From: Oscillospiraceae bacterium
GTDB lineage: Bacteria; Bacillota; Clostridia; Oscillospirales; Ruminococcaceae
DNA: 64,000 nucleotides
NCBI GenBank assembly: GCA_045541475.1
Contig: JAZQJI010000034.1
Coordinates: forward strand, 3,088 to 67,087
Reading direction: 5' to 3'
The position numbers and the translations under genes were made by a program. The first letter of the stretch is position 1, and each line of letters begins with the position of its first letter. Shown here in pieces: positions 16,961 to 27,165 of this stretch. A model generated the notes under the pieces. That model was not told the origin of the DNA and ran no database searches. It was given only the letters and a program-made list of their open reading frames with translations.

Positions 16961-17529
16961 TATTGGTTTTCGTCCTTTCTCTTGGGGAAAAACTGCGGAG
17001 GAACGGCGTTCCTGCGCGAGTGGAGAAGCTGAGGCATGATTTTGGAAACCTCGTTCATCAGTCTGTTGTAAAGCATAAAGATGAACTGCTTTTCTCTCGG
17101 TTCTGACGTAATTGTTCTGGGGTTAAGCTTGATGTAAAGCTTGCCCTTGTTGGTTAAAAGGTAAACGTTGTTTTCTGTACCGGTTGGCAATGCAAAGTTT
17201 TTAGGTTCTTCAAACAAATGCGCAACCTGACCCACGCTTGCAAGCATAACCTTAGCCTGCTCGCGCACGTTGGGATAAAACTGTCCAAGACCATCTACCG
17301 AACCGCCCGTTGAATACAGCATAGAAACTTCGCCGCTGAAATAGCAAACCATTGACATAATTCTTCCGTCAAGTGCCATATCAACAACGGCGCCGTAAGG
17401 GCAAACCTTGTCATCGGGCATATTGATTATTTTAAGATCTTCAGCGGTTTTGTTAAGTGCCTGCTCACGCATTTTAAGATACATTTCGTGTGCGGCAAGT
17501 GCTTTTCCGCCCATTGTTTTTTCTATCAT
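16960..17529 (-). CDS. hypothetical protein, translationally coupled to trpS
   Basis: 189-aa ORF with no recognised motif. Its stop overlaps the trpS ATG (TAATG). Confidence 0.5.
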   Translation of the reverse strand: MIEKTMGGKALAAHEMYLKMREQALNKTAEDLKIINMPDDKVCPYGAVVDMALDGRIMSMVCYFSGEVSMLYSTGGSVDGLGQFYPNVREQAKVMLASVGQVAHLFEEPKNFALPTGTENNVYLLTNKGKLYIKLNPRTITSEPREKQFIFMLYNRLMNEVSKIMPQLLHSRRNAVPPQFFPKRKDENQ

Positions 17530-17548
17530 GATTATTTACAAACTCCCT

Positions 17549-18742
17549 TTAATCAAACATTTTTTTGGAAAGTGCGCCAAGCATTTCGCAACCCTTGATA
17601 ATCTGCTCATCAGTGGGGGTTGAGAAATTCAAACGGAAAGATGTTGTTGTTTCGTTTTCGTTTGTAAGGAAAGCAACGCCGGGAACAACTGCCACCTTGA
17701 AATCCTTAACTGCGGTTGTGCAAAAGCCTGCCATATCGCAGTCATCAGGCAAGGTTGCCCACACAAACAAACCGCCCTGCGGCTGACTGCAAACAATCTT
17801 TTCAGAAAAATTTGCCTTGATGCAGTCACGCATAAGATGATACTTTTTGCGGTAAATATCCTGCAGATATTTAATATGTGCGTCAAAATCGTTTTCCTTT
17901 ATAAATCTGTCGCAGATAATCTGCGCCCAGATATTTGTATGTACATCAGAAACCTGCTTGCACACAACAAGCTTTTGAATAATCTCCTTAGGCGCACTTA
18001 CATAGCCAACACGCAAGCCGGGTGCAAGCACTTTTGAAAAGCTTCCCACATAGATTACTCTGCCTTCGGTATCCATAGACTTGATGGACGCAATAGGCTC
18101 GCCTTCAAATCTCAAATCACCGTAGGGGTTATCTTCAATTATAACAACGTTATATTTGCAGGCAAGCTCGTAAACAGCCTTGCGCTTTTCAAGCGACATT
18201 GTTCTGCCTGTGGGGTTTTGGAAGTTGGGAATTACGTAGATAAGCTTTGTGTTGGGGTTTTCGATAAGAGCTTTTTCAAGCTTATCAATAACAATACCGT
18301 CCTCTTCCATTTCAACGCCAACAAGATTTACGTTGTATGATCTGAACGCGTTGAGCGAGCCGATAAAGCTGGGCGATTCACAAATAAGCGTTTCGCCTTC
18401 ATTGCAGAAAGACTTGCAGGAAAGTTCCATGCCCTGCTGTGCGCCTGATGTGATAATTAAATCGTCTATATCGGGATTAAAGCAGTTTTGCTTAAGCATT
18501 AACGCTTTCATTGTATCGCGCAAGGGGGTGTAGCCTTCGGTTATGCTGTACTGCAAAGCCAAAATTGGCTCGTTTGCGATAAGTTCGTTGCTGATTCTTG
18601 CAATTTCTTTTGCGGGGAAAGCTTCGGGCGCAGGGTTGCCTGCTGCAAAAGATATAACATCGGGGAAAGCTGTAAATTTCAGTATTTCTCTTATGGCAGA
18701 TGCCTTAAGACCTGATATTCTTTCCGAAAAACTATAATTCAT
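17549..18742 (-). CDS. PLP-dependent aminotransferase, class I/II (MocR-domain/LysN-AspB-like)
   Basis: ISFAAGNPAPEAFP and SFSKVLAPGLRVGY (Lys-containing PLP site). Confidence 0.8.
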   Translation of the reverse strand: MNYSFSERISGLKASAIREILKFTAFPDVISFAAGNPAPEAFPAKEIARISNELIANEPILALQYSITEGYTPLRDTMKALMLKQNCFNPDIDDLIITSGAQQGMELSCKSFCNEGETLICESPSFIGSLNAFRSYNVNLVGVEMEEDGIVIDKLEKALIENPNTKLIYVIPNFQNPTGRTMSLEKRKAVYELACKYNVVIIEDNPYGDLRFEGEPIASIKSMDTEGRVIYVGSFSKVLAPGLRVGYVSAPKEIIQKLVVCKQVSDVHTNIWAQIICDRFIKENDFDAHIKYLQDIYRKKYHLMRDCIKANFSEKIVCSQPQGGLFVWATLPDDCDMAGFCTTAVKDFKVAVVPGVAFLTNENETTTSFRLNFSTPTDEQIIKGCEMLGALSKKMFD

Positions 18743-18812
18743 ATCTTGAAAAATCCTTTCATAGCATATATATAAAAGTAATTATACCACATTTTTTTAC
18801 AAATAGCAAGAT

Positions 18813-19139
18813 TTAATCGCGGTTTTTATTCTTGTTATTAAAATAAAGCGTAGCGATAAAATACACAACCTGATATACTGCACACGCAGGTATAATACCA
18901 AAATACAGCAAAAACAAATAAGATACTGTTACGCTTTCCAAAAACGCGTCCATTCCGTAGTATGTAGAGATGATATCGCCCGTTACAAAAGCCCTGTTTT
19001 CGTAGCCGACAATTGCGTGATATATACCGTTTACAAGTATAAAAGCATAAGGCAAAAAGCATAGCCAAAACAAGATTTTAGATGTTTTTTTAAAAAAGCT
19101 TTTCACGCAAAGCACCCCCTTTTCTGTTTGCATATACAT
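18813..19139 (-). CDS. small hypothetical membrane protein
   Basis: 108-aa ORF with 2-3 hydrophobic helices. Start uncertain. Confidence 0.3.
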   Translation of the reverse strand: MYMQTEKGVLCVKSFFKKTSKILFWLCFLPYAFILVNGIYHAIVGYENRAFVTGDIISTYYGMDAFLESVTVSYLFLLYFGIIPACAVYQVVYFIATLYFNNKNKNRD

Positions 19140-19193
19140 TATACATCATACCTTTATTCAAATCAAGCAGATATAATACAAAGGAGCAGATTG

Positions 19194-20852
19194 ATGAAGA
19201 AACAAAGCTTTATAAAAGGTTCGGTAATACTTTTAATATCGGCTTTAATCGTCAAGATTATCGGTGCACTTTTTAAAATACCGTTAACCAATATGCTTGG
19301 CGGGACGGCAATGGGTTATTTTTCATGCGCTTACGGGATTTTTTTGCCCATATACGCCGTAACGGGTACGGGACTTGGCTCGGCGGTTGCAAAAATAACT
19401 GCCGAAAGCAACGCCAAATACAGTGCGGCAGATGCAAAGCGTGTTTACAGCGTTTCGCTGATGTTTTTTGGTTTGCTCGGCGCACTGTTTTCGGTGATTT
19501 TGTTTTTTGGTGCAAAAAGTATAAGCGTAAGCTTTTTGGACTCGCCGCAATCGCAAACGGCAGTGGCTTTGATAGCGCCCAGCGTTTTGTTTGGCTGTAT
19601 AAGCGCAGTTGCCCGCGGATATTTTGAAGGGCTTAACAATATGTATCCTACGGCGGTTTCGCAAGTTTTTGAAGCGGTATCAAAGCTTGTTTTCGGTCTT
19701 GCTTTTGCTGAATTTGCGCATAAAAATTTTGAAGATATCAAGCCGTTTTTGCCGCAAAACACAACAAGTGAAGCTGCAATGGCTGCTGCTGCCGTTTTGG
19801 GTATAAGTCTTTCAACATTGATAGGCACGCTTTGCTTGTTTTTGTTTTCAAAAGATAAAACCGAAGGGAAAACAAGTGCAAGCTCTTTATCCAAAGGTAA
19901 TGATATACAAATTTTAGGCAATGTTTTTTCAACCATGCTGCCAATTGCCTTAGGTGCGCTTGTGACAAATTTAACATCAATGATTGACCTTTTTACCATA
20001 AATCGAATGTTTGAAAAGTGTATATCCGATAACTACGCATATTTTGTTGAGAATTACGCATTTATGCGTAATATGCCGCCCGATGAAATTCCTGAATTTG
20101 TGTTCGGTTCATACACGGGCCTTGCAATAACTATTTTTACACTTGTGCCTTCGGTTACCAATATGCTTGGCAAAAGTGTGTTAAGTGCAGCAAGCGAAGC
20201 AAGTGCCAAAAACAACAAAAAAATGCTGCAAAGCGCTGCCGATAAAGCCTTTGCGCTTACTGCATTTATAGCATTGCCATGTGCGTTAGGTATTTTTGTA
20301 ATGGCAAAACCGATTTTGCAGCTGCTTTATGCCGAAAAGACAAACGAGATTGACGCTTGTCACACTGCGCTTTCAATACTCGGTATCAGTGTGATATTTT
20401 TATGCTTTTCGTGTCCCGCTTTCAGTTTGCTGCAAGGCACTTCGCACGCAGAAAGTCCCGTAAAAATAATGCTTTGCGGTGTTGCGGCAAAATTTATCGG
20501 AAACATTGTGTTTCTCCGTTTTGAGCAAACAGCACTTTTCGGAGCGGCAATTTCAACACTTATCTGTTATGTGTTGATTTTCACGCTGTCCGTAGTTACG
20601 CTTAAAAGAAAATGCGGTATAACCTTTTGCTTTGCAAATATAACACCGTATTTATTATCCGCAATGCTTTGCAGTATCAGTGCGGGATTTGTTTACATAT
20701 CTTGTCTTGCTAAGGTATCGTCAAAATATGCCTGCTGTATTGCCATTTTGTGCGCAGGATTAATATATCTTGGTGTGCTTTGTTTATACATGGCAGTAAA
20801 AAAACAAAACCGATTTTGCCATAAATTACAGCAAAATCGGTTTGTGAAATAA
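19194..20852 (+). CDS. polysaccharide biosynthesis / MOP-superfamily flippase (SpoVB/Wzx/MurJ-like)
   Basis: About 14 TM helices. N-terminus MKKQSFIKGSVILLISALIVKIIGALFKIPLTNMLGG is typical of SpoVB/Wzx. RBS AAGGAG 7 nt before the ATG. The track ORF starts at an upstream TTG. Confidence 0.7.
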   Translation: MKKQSFIKGSVILLISALIVKIIGALFKIPLTNMLGGTAMGYFSCAYGIFLPIYAVTGTGLGSAVAKITAESNAKYSAADAKRVYSVSLMFFGLLGALFSVILFFGAKSISVSFLDSPQSQTAVALIAPSVLFGCISAVARGYFEGLNNMYPTAVSQVFEAVSKLVFGLAFAEFAHKNFEDIKPFLPQNTTSEAAMAAAAVLGISLSTLIGTLCLFLFSKDKTEGKTSASSLSKGNDIQILGNVFSTMLPIALGALVTNLTSMIDLFTINRMFEKCISDNYAYFVENYAFMRNMPPDEIPEFVFGSYTGLAITIFTLVPSVTNMLGKSVLSAASEASAKNNKKMLQSAADKAFALTAFIALPCALGIFVMAKPILQLLYAEKTNEIDACHTALSILGISVIFLCFSCPAFSLLQGTSHAESPVKIMLCGVAAKFIGNIVFLRFEQTALFGAAISTLICYVLIFTLSVVTLKRKCGITFCFANITPYLLSAMLCSISAGFVYISCLAKVSSKYACCIAILCAGLIYLGVLCLYMAVKKQNRFCHKLQQNRFVK

Positions 20853-20860
20853 TTGTTTTA

Positions 20861-22090
20861 TCAGAACAGAATGATGATGAATTGTGAAACTATAACAACA
20901 GCAATAAGCGCAATGGGGTAGGTTGCGGCATAAGCCGATGCAACGTTTTCTGTTCCCGAGGTGTTGATAAGAGTGCCAAGTGCAGGAGTGCTTGTCATGC
21001 CGCCTGTGATAGAGCCAAGGGTGTTAAGCAGGCTTAATTTGAGAATGTATCTTGCGAAAAGATATCCCAAAATCATCGGAACGATTGTCATTATCATACC
21101 GTAAACAAAGTACATTATCTGGAAATTTTCGATAAAGCTTGCGCCGCCCGAAACACCTGCACCGATGAGGAAGAACATAAGTCCCAACTCGCGAAATACC
21201 TTTAATGTGGTAACAGGGGGCATGATATCTACCTTGCCGACTCTGCCGAAATGACCAAAAACCAGGGAAACAAGCAGGCAGCCGCCCGTTGTTGTAAGCG
21301 AGAAGGTTGTGCCGTTAAGACCGCTTGATGTAAGCGGAACCTTTATCATTCCGATAAAAATACCTATCAAAGCAGCCGCCACAAAGGGCGTAAATCCGTA
21401 TGAATCAAACTTGATAAGCTTGCCTGTGTATTCTTCTTTCTTTTCGCCGTCGGAAGCTTCAACAAGCTTTTTGCACTCTTCCTGCATATTTGCCTTTGTA
21501 AATTTTGGCACAAGCTGAATAAACAGTACAACGCCGATAACACCGAAAATATACGCAATACCGTAGCCTACGGATACAATATCTTCATATTCGGGCGCAA
21601 CGGTTGCTTTTGTGGCTGAAAATGCAGGTGTTGATGTAAGCGCACCCGAAAGCAAACCAACAACCATGGCAGTAAATTTATCTTGGTCGGTTTCACCTAA
21701 GGCTCTGCCTAAATAAATGCAGCCGACAGCAGCTATACCGCCTGCAAGTATGATTATAAGTCCTATCATTACATAGGATTTGAAATTCTTTTTCATGTTG
21801 CTGAAAAACTTTGGGCCTGCGATAAATCCAACAGATGTTACGAATAATATAAGCCCCATGTTTTCGACGATTTTTAGAGCATTTTTGCTGTAATTAACAA
21901 GCTGTGCGTCAAGCTTATCGTAAAACAAACAGCCGAAAACGAGCGCCACGATGAAAACACCTGCCGCACCGAGCGAAACGCCCTTTATCGTTATGCGTCC
22001 CAATGCATAACCTAAAGCGGCAATGGCAAAAATACAGAACATAAGGAAGGTTACACCCGTTATCGGTATAACTCCGTTAAAAAGTTCCAT
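20861..22090 (-). CDS. putative permease, AAE (Asp-Al_Ex, YidE/YbjL-like) family
   Basis: GLILFVTSVGFIAGPKFF matches the Asp-Al_Ex signature. Polytopic. Start set to the ATG (MELFNG) 9 nt after AAAGAGGT. Confidence 0.55.
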   Translation of the reverse strand: MELFNGVIPITGVTFLMFCIFAIAALGYALGRITIKGVSLGAAGVFIVALVFGCLFYDKLDAQLVNYSKNALKIVENMGLILFVTSVGFIAGPKFFSNMKKNFKSYVMIGLIIILAGGIAAVGCIYLGRALGETDQDKFTAMVVGLLSGALTSTPAFSATKATVAPEYEDIVSVGYGIAYIFGVIGVVLFIQLVPKFTKANMQEECKKLVEASDGEKKEEYTGKLIKFDSYGFTPFVAAALIGIFIGMIKVPLTSSGLNGTTFSLTTTGGCLLVSLVFGHFGRVGKVDIMPPVTTLKVFRELGLMFFLIGAGVSGGASFIENFQIMYFVYGMIMTIVPMILGYLFARYILKLSLLNTLGSITGGMTSTPALGTLINTSGTENVASAYAATYPIALIAVVIVSQFIIILF

Positions 22091-22337
22091 TAAAAAAAGA
22101 CCTCTTTTCAAAAATATATTTTGCATAATCATTATACTATATTATATATAATACAGCCGTGATTTGCACACAAGGCAAATTATAGCACTATTATCGGCAT
22201 TGTGCAAGCAATTAAGCCGTGTAGCAATAAAAATCTGCTCTTTTCTCAAAAAAAACGATTTTTAACCTCAAGTTTTTGACAAAAATAAACGCTCAAAACG
22301 CAAATTAGCATTTCGAGCGTTGCTGTTTGTTGTAAAT

Positions 22338-23495
22338 TTAGTCAAGCACGGGTATTGCAGAAAGAACGGCTGCACCGTCTGCGTTCATAGCCTCAATCAT
22401 CTCGTTATGCTGAGCAATTGTTGCTTTTTCTACAATTTCTGCGCCGTTTTCTGTTCTGATGAACATTTCGCACTCGTAAGAGTCAAAATCAGCAATAAAG
22501 TCACCGTTTTCAGAATCTTCCCAATGCTGAGAGAATACAGTGCGGTTATGCTTTGCAGCTTCAATCATATCAGCCACAACAGCACTTGCCGTGGGCAGCT
22601 TGCCTGCGCCTCTGCCGTAGAACATTGAACGGTCTGCGCCATCGGAGATAACGGTTACAGCATTGAAAACATCGCTTACTGTTGAAATTGGGTTGCTTGT
22701 GCGCACAAGCATGGGCGAAACAAACGGCACGATTTTGCCGTCTTCAAGGCGCTTTACACAGCCGATAAGCTTGATTTCGCAATCATTTTCCTTAGCAAAG
22801 CTTACGTCTTCGGCAGTGATAGAGGAGATACCCTTTGTCTGAATATATTTAGGATAAACGTGTTTGCCGAAAACAAGCGATGAAAGTATGCAGATTTTAC
22901 GGCATGCATCGTGGCCTTCAACGTCGGCAGTGGGATCTTTCTCTGCGTAGCCGAGGTTCTGTGCCAGCTTTAATGCTTCATCAAAAGCCATGCCGTCTTC
23001 AAACATTCTTGTAAGAATAAAGTTTGTTGTGCCGTTTAAAATGCCGTAAACTTCTGTAATATCGTTTGCGGCAAGGCATCTGTGCAAGGGGCGGATAATC
23101 GGAATAGCGCCGCCTACGCTTGCTTCAAAGAAATAGTTAACGTTTTTCTGTCTTGCCAATTCCAAAAGCTCTGCGCCCTTTTCGGCAACAAGCTCTTTGT
23201 TTGAAGTTACAACGCTTTTGCCGTTTTCCAAACATTTTTTTGTAAAGGTGTAAGCAGGCTCAACCCCGCCCATTGTTTCGGCAACAACCTTGATTTCATC
23301 ATCGTTGATAATAAGATTTACGTCGTCGATAATCTTATCGGCAAAGGGACTTTCAGGAAATTTTCTGATATCGAGAATATACTTGATATCAAGCTCACTT
23401 CCTGCGCTTTTTTCGATTTTTTGTCTGTTTTTATAAAAAAGCTCAACCGTTCCCGAACCGACAACGCCAAAGCCCATTACAGCCATTTTTATCAT
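22338..23495 (-). CDS. hom: homoserine dehydrogenase
   Basis: MAVMGFGVVGSG NAD site, catalytic-domain motifs, C-terminal ACT domain. RBS GGAGGAAAA. Confidence 0.9.
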   Translation of the reverse strand: MIKMAVMGFGVVGSGTVELFYKNRQKIEKSAGSELDIKYILDIRKFPESPFADKIIDDVNLIINDDEIKVVAETMGGVEPAYTFTKKCLENGKSVVTSNKELVAEKGAELLELARQKNVNYFFEASVGGAIPIIRPLHRCLAANDITEVYGILNGTTNFILTRMFEDGMAFDEALKLAQNLGYAEKDPTADVEGHDACRKICILSSLVFGKHVYPKYIQTKGISSITAEDVSFAKENDCEIKLIGCVKRLEDGKIVPFVSPMLVRTSNPISTVSDVFNAVTVISDGADRSMFYGRGAGKLPTASAVVADMIEAAKHNRTVFSQHWEDSENGDFIADFDSYECEMFIRTENGAEIVEKATIAQHNEMIEAMNADGAAVLSAIPVLD

Positions 23496-23569
23496 TTTGA
23501 TTTTCCTCCGTTTTCATATTATATATAGTATACATACATCTTTGCGGTATGTATTTTTTGCGTATTAAA

Positions 23570-24004
23570 TTATTCGCCCGATAATACTTTTGCTTCTGCC
23601 ACGCCCGTAATCGCCGATATCTGCGAAACGACTTCAATTGCGTTGCTGTTGTCACTAAGGCGCATGGAAATTGTAACAGCCGCCGCACCGTCAACGGGAA
23701 TGTTTTGATTTACCGTCAGAATATTCGCATTTTGCTCGTGCAAGCACGCCAAAACCTTTGAAAGCACGCCGGGTTCATCTTTAAGCACGCAGTAAAGTGT
23801 GATGATTTTTTGAGAAAACATTTCCTCATAGGAAAAAACCGAATCCCTATATTTATAGTACGCACTGCGTGATATGCCCACACGCTTGCACGCCTGTGCA
23901 GAGTTCTTTTCCTCGCCCCTTGCCAAAAGCCGCTTTACCTCAAGTGTTTTCGGTATCATCTCGGGAAGCGCTGAAGATTGCACGACTATAAGCTGTTTGC
24001 TCAT
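23570..24004 (-). CDS. ACT domain-containing regulatory protein (UPF0735 family)
   Basis: About 145 aa with N-terminal HTH-like segment (ACKRVGISRSAYYKYRD) and C-terminal ACT fold. This family is commonly found upstream of hom. Confidence 0.7.
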   Translation of the reverse strand: MSKQLIVVQSSALPEMIPKTLEVKRLLARGEEKNSAQACKRVGISRSAYYKYRDSVFSYEEMFSQKIITLYCVLKDEPGVLSKVLACLHEQNANILTVNQNIPVDGAAAVTISMRLSDNSNAIEVVSQISAITGVAEAKVLSGE

Positions 24005-24104
24005 CGTTCCACCTCCGGTGTACAGTTGTCTTTACAGCAAAAACAAGTATAGCATACTTTTTTTAGCTTGTCAATACCAAAAACGCCATATTTTTGAAAT
24101 TTCC

Positions 24105-24133
24105 TTGACTTTTTGGCTATGGGGTGATATAAT
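24105..24133 (+). promoter_or_regulatory. sigma-A promoter TTGACT-17-TATAAT for HPr-like gene
   Basis: ttgactttttggctatggggtgatataat. Confidence 0.55.
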
Positions 24134-24164
24134 CAAAAAAACAATATTTAAAGGAGAAATTTCA

Positions 24165-24395
24165 ATGATAGAATTTAACATATCCATCAATTCAATTCAC
24201 GCAGTAAAGCAGTTTGTTGAAACTGCAAACAGATACGATTTTGAAATCGACCTTTCATCAGGCAGATATTCAATCGACGGCAAATCAATTATGGGTATTT
24301 TCAGTCTTGACCTTGAAAAAACCATCAAGCTTACAGCGCATGTTGACGCTTGCGATGAATTTGTAGCCGCAATGAAAGATTTTATTGTTGACTAA
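24165..24395 (+). CDS. HPr-family phosphocarrier-like protein (76 aa)
   Basis: NSIHAVKQ (His15-like) and GKSIMGIFSL (Ser46-like region). RBS AAGGAG. Confidence 0.55.
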   Translation: MIEFNISINSIHAVKQFVETANRYDFEIDLSSGRYSIDGKSIMGIFSLDLEKTIKLTAHVDACDEFVAAMKDFIVD

Positions 24396-24467
24396 AATTT
24401 AAACCTAAAATCTCCGCGCTTTGCATAAGCTTTAGCAGTAAGGCTTAATGCGAAAGGCGGAGTTTTT

Positions 24468-25613
24468 TTGTTTGGCAGATTTTTCAGATTATTCTCTTTG
24501 ATAACGGCTTGTGTTTTTGTATCGTTTTTGGTGATTTCTGCAAATGCGGCGGAAGAACCTTTACAAAACGCACCGCAAACGGCAATTGTGCTTGCAAGCG
24601 GAACGGACGGCAGTATACTTTCATCATCAAACGGTGATATGCAGTGCAATGTGGGCACGCTTGCAAAAATTATGACTGCGCTGATAATTTCGGAACGTAT
24701 TGAAAGCGGAGAACTCGCTCTTGATACTCTTATAACCGCAAGTGCAAATGCACAAAGTACAAAGGGTGCGGTGATATGGCTGACGGCGGGCGAAAAAATG
24801 AGCGCAGGCGATTTGCTTTTATCCATGATGACGGGCAATGCAAACGATGCCGCAATCGCCCTGGCAGAGCATACCGCGCAGACGGAACAAGCTTTTGTTG
24901 ATATCATGAACCAAAAAGCGCAAAGTCTTGGTATGCGCAACACACTTTTTACGGATTGCACGGGCCTTGATGTCGCGGCATATTCAACTGCAAATGATAT
25001 TGCAATACTTTGCTGTGAGCTTGTAAAATATGAATTTTTGTACAACTGCATGACGCCGTGGCTTACTTATGTGAGAAACGGTGAAACCGAGCTGGTAAAT
25101 TCCAATGAGCTTGTAAAAAACTATGCGGGAATTATTGGCATAAAGGGCTCTAAAACCGAAAATTCGCAGTATTGTCTTGCGGCGGCGGCTGAAAGAAACG
25201 GCGAATGTTATCTTTCCGTTTGCCTTAATTTTGCTGATAAAGACGAATGTGCCAAAGCGGCAAAATCAATGCTTAATAGCGGGTTTTCGGGCTATGCGAC
25301 TATATATCCGCTTGTGGATTTTACGCAACTTAAAAGCGTGGGTGTAAAGGGTGGCACAGAAAAGCAGGTTGATATTGATGTTGACGTTTTGCCTGTTTGC
25401 GTGCCCGTGTGTGATGCACAGGATATATCGGGCGTTGCTTTTTTGCCAAAATTTGTCAGTGCACCCGTTAAAAAAGGTCAAAAGCTAGGTGTGCTGATGA
25501 TTTATGCCGATGACGTGCTTGTATCGCAGGCGGATATATGCGCGCAAAACACTGTCAAGCGCGAAAATATCGGCACTGCATTTTTATCTCTTTTGGAAAC
25601 TTTACTAAATTAA
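24468..25613 (+). CDS. D-alanyl-D-alanine carboxypeptidase homolog (peptidase S11 / PBP5-DacB-like), TTG start; conserved Ser positions read as Thr
   Basis: Signal peptide. GTLAKIMT aligns to the ASxTK motif and MMTGNAND to the SGN motif. C-terminal beta domain. Confidence 0.7.
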   Translation: MFGRFFRLFSLITACVFVSFLVISANAAEEPLQNAPQTAIVLASGTDGSILSSSNGDMQCNVGTLAKIMTALIISERIESGELALDTLITASANAQSTKGAVIWLTAGEKMSAGDLLLSMMTGNANDAAIALAEHTAQTEQAFVDIMNQKAQSLGMRNTLFTDCTGLDVAAYSTANDIAILCCELVKYEFLYNCMTPWLTYVRNGETELVNSNELVKNYAGIIGIKGSKTENSQYCLAAAAERNGECYLSVCLNFADKDECAKAAKSMLNSGFSGYATIYPLVDFTQLKSVGVKGGTEKQVDIDVDVLPVCVPVCDAQDISGVAFLPKFVSAPVKKGQKLGVLMIYADDVLVSQADICAQNTVKRENIGTAFLSLLETLLN

Positions 25614-25663
25614 TTCTAAAAATTTGTGCGATTTGTAAAAAATAAAAAAATTTTGATTGGCAC

Positions 25664-25692
25664 TTGATTAATTTTGCACAATATTGTATAAT
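25664..25692 (+). promoter_or_regulatory. sigma-A promoter TTGATT-17-TGTATAAT for pgi
   Basis: ttgattaattttgcacaatattgtataat with extended -10. Confidence 0.55.
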
Positions 25693-25804
25693 AAAGATAC
25701 ATAAACATCATTTTGTCGTTGATACGGTTTTTACATAAGATAGTTTATCAAACGGCATAATTGGTTGTTTATTATTCAGATACTATTGCGGAGGACTGCA
25801 AAAT

Positions 25805-27142
25805 ATGGCATTGAAGCTTAACACAAAACATCTTGAAGGCTTTGTGGCTGCGCATGAGCTTGACGCTGTCAAGCGTGAAACGGAACTTGCAGCTCAGGTT
25901 CTTCATGAAAAGAGCGGCCTTGGAAGTGATTTTCTCGGCTGGCTTGATTTGCCTACCGAATATGACAAGGAAGAATTTGCACGCATTAAGGCTGCGGCTG
26001 AGCGCATTAAGCAAAATTCCGATATTCTTATCGTAATCGGCATTGGCGGATCATACCTTGGAGCAAGAGCAGCTATTGAACTGCTTAAATCTCCCTTCTA
26101 CAACAATCTTAAAAAGGATACTCCCGACATCTACTATGTGGGAAACAATATCAGCCCGACATATCTCAACGAAGTTTTGAGCATTTGCGAAGGCAAGGAT
26201 ATTTCCGTTAACGTTATTTCAAAATCGGGCACCACAACAGAGCCTGCACTCGCTTTCAGAGTGTTCAAGCAGCTTGTTGAAAAGAAATACGGCAAGGAAG
26301 AGGCTAAAAACCGTATTTACTGCACAACCGATAAGGCAAGAGGAACTTTAAAAGGTCTTGCCGATACAGAAGGCTACGAAACATTTGTTATTGCAGATGA
26401 TGTCGGCGGAAGATTTTCCGTACTTACAGCGGTAGGCTTGCTGCCGATTGCTGTTGCAGGTTGCGATATTGACGCAATTATGCAGGGTGCTGCAAAGGCT
26501 ATGGAAGATTTCTCCAAGCCCTTTGATGAAAACGACTGCTACAAGTACGCTGCACTGCGCAACATTCTTTACCGCAAGGGCAAGGGCGTTGAATTGCTCG
26601 TTTCCTACGATCCTTCATTCACAATGATGGCTGAATGGTACAAGCAATTGTTTGGCGAATCCGAAGGTAAGGACAACAAGGGTATTTTCCCTGCATCAGT
26701 TACCTTCTCAACCGACCTTCACTCAATGGGTCAGTATATTCAAGACGGCGCACGCATCATGTTTGAAACCGTTGTGGATATCAAGAAACCCAAGCAGGAT
26801 TTCTATCTTGAAGACGACGCTGAAAATCTTGATGGACTTAACTTCCTCACATCACAGAATATGTCTGTTGTAAACAGATGTGCTTTGGAAGGCACAATTC
26901 TCGCTCACACAGAGGGCGGCGTACCCAATATCATTCTTGAACTTGATGATACTAACGAATTCAGCTTCGGATATATGGTATACTTTTTTGAAAAGGCTTG
27001 TGCGGTTTCGGGCTATATGCTGGGTGTAAATCCCTTTAACCAGCCCGGAGTCGAAAGTTATAAAGCAAATATGTTCGCACTTCTGGGCAAACCCGGATAT
27101 GAGGACAAAAAATCGGCTCTTGAGACAAAGCTCGGAAGATAA
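25805..27142 (+). CDS. pgi: glucose-6-phosphate isomerase (Firmicutes ~450-aa type)
   Basis: [12 protein letters not shown], sugar isomerase domain motifs, length 445 aa. Confidence 0.9.
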   Translation: MALKLNTKHLEGFVAAHELDAVKRETELAAQVLHEKSGLGSDFLGWLDLPTEYDKEEFARIKAAAERIKQNSDILIVIGIGGSYLGARAAIELLKSPFYNNLKKDTPDIYYVGNNISPTYLNEVLSICEGKDISVNVISKSGTTTEPALAFRVFKQLVEKKYGKEEAKNRIYCTTDKARGTLKGLADTEGYETFVIADDVGGRFSVLTAVGLLPIAVAGCDIDAIMQGAAKAMEDFSKPFDENDCYKYAALRNILYRKGKGVELLVSYDPSFTMMAEWYKQLFGESEGKDNKGIFPASVTFSTDLHSMGQYIQDGARIMFETVVDIKKPKQDFYLEDDAENLDGLNFLTSQNMSVVNRCALEGTILAHTEGGVPNIILELDDTNEFSFGYMVYFFEKACAVSGYMLGVNPFNQPGVESYKANMFALLGKPGYEDKKSALETKLGR

Positions 27143-27165
27143 CCCACAAAGAAAGGACTAAAGCT

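Noticed and set aside
24392-25051. 219-aa minus-strand ORF overlapping the dac gene
   Set aside because: Plus strand carries signal peptide and S11 motifs. The minus ORF has no RBS and low-complexity composition.
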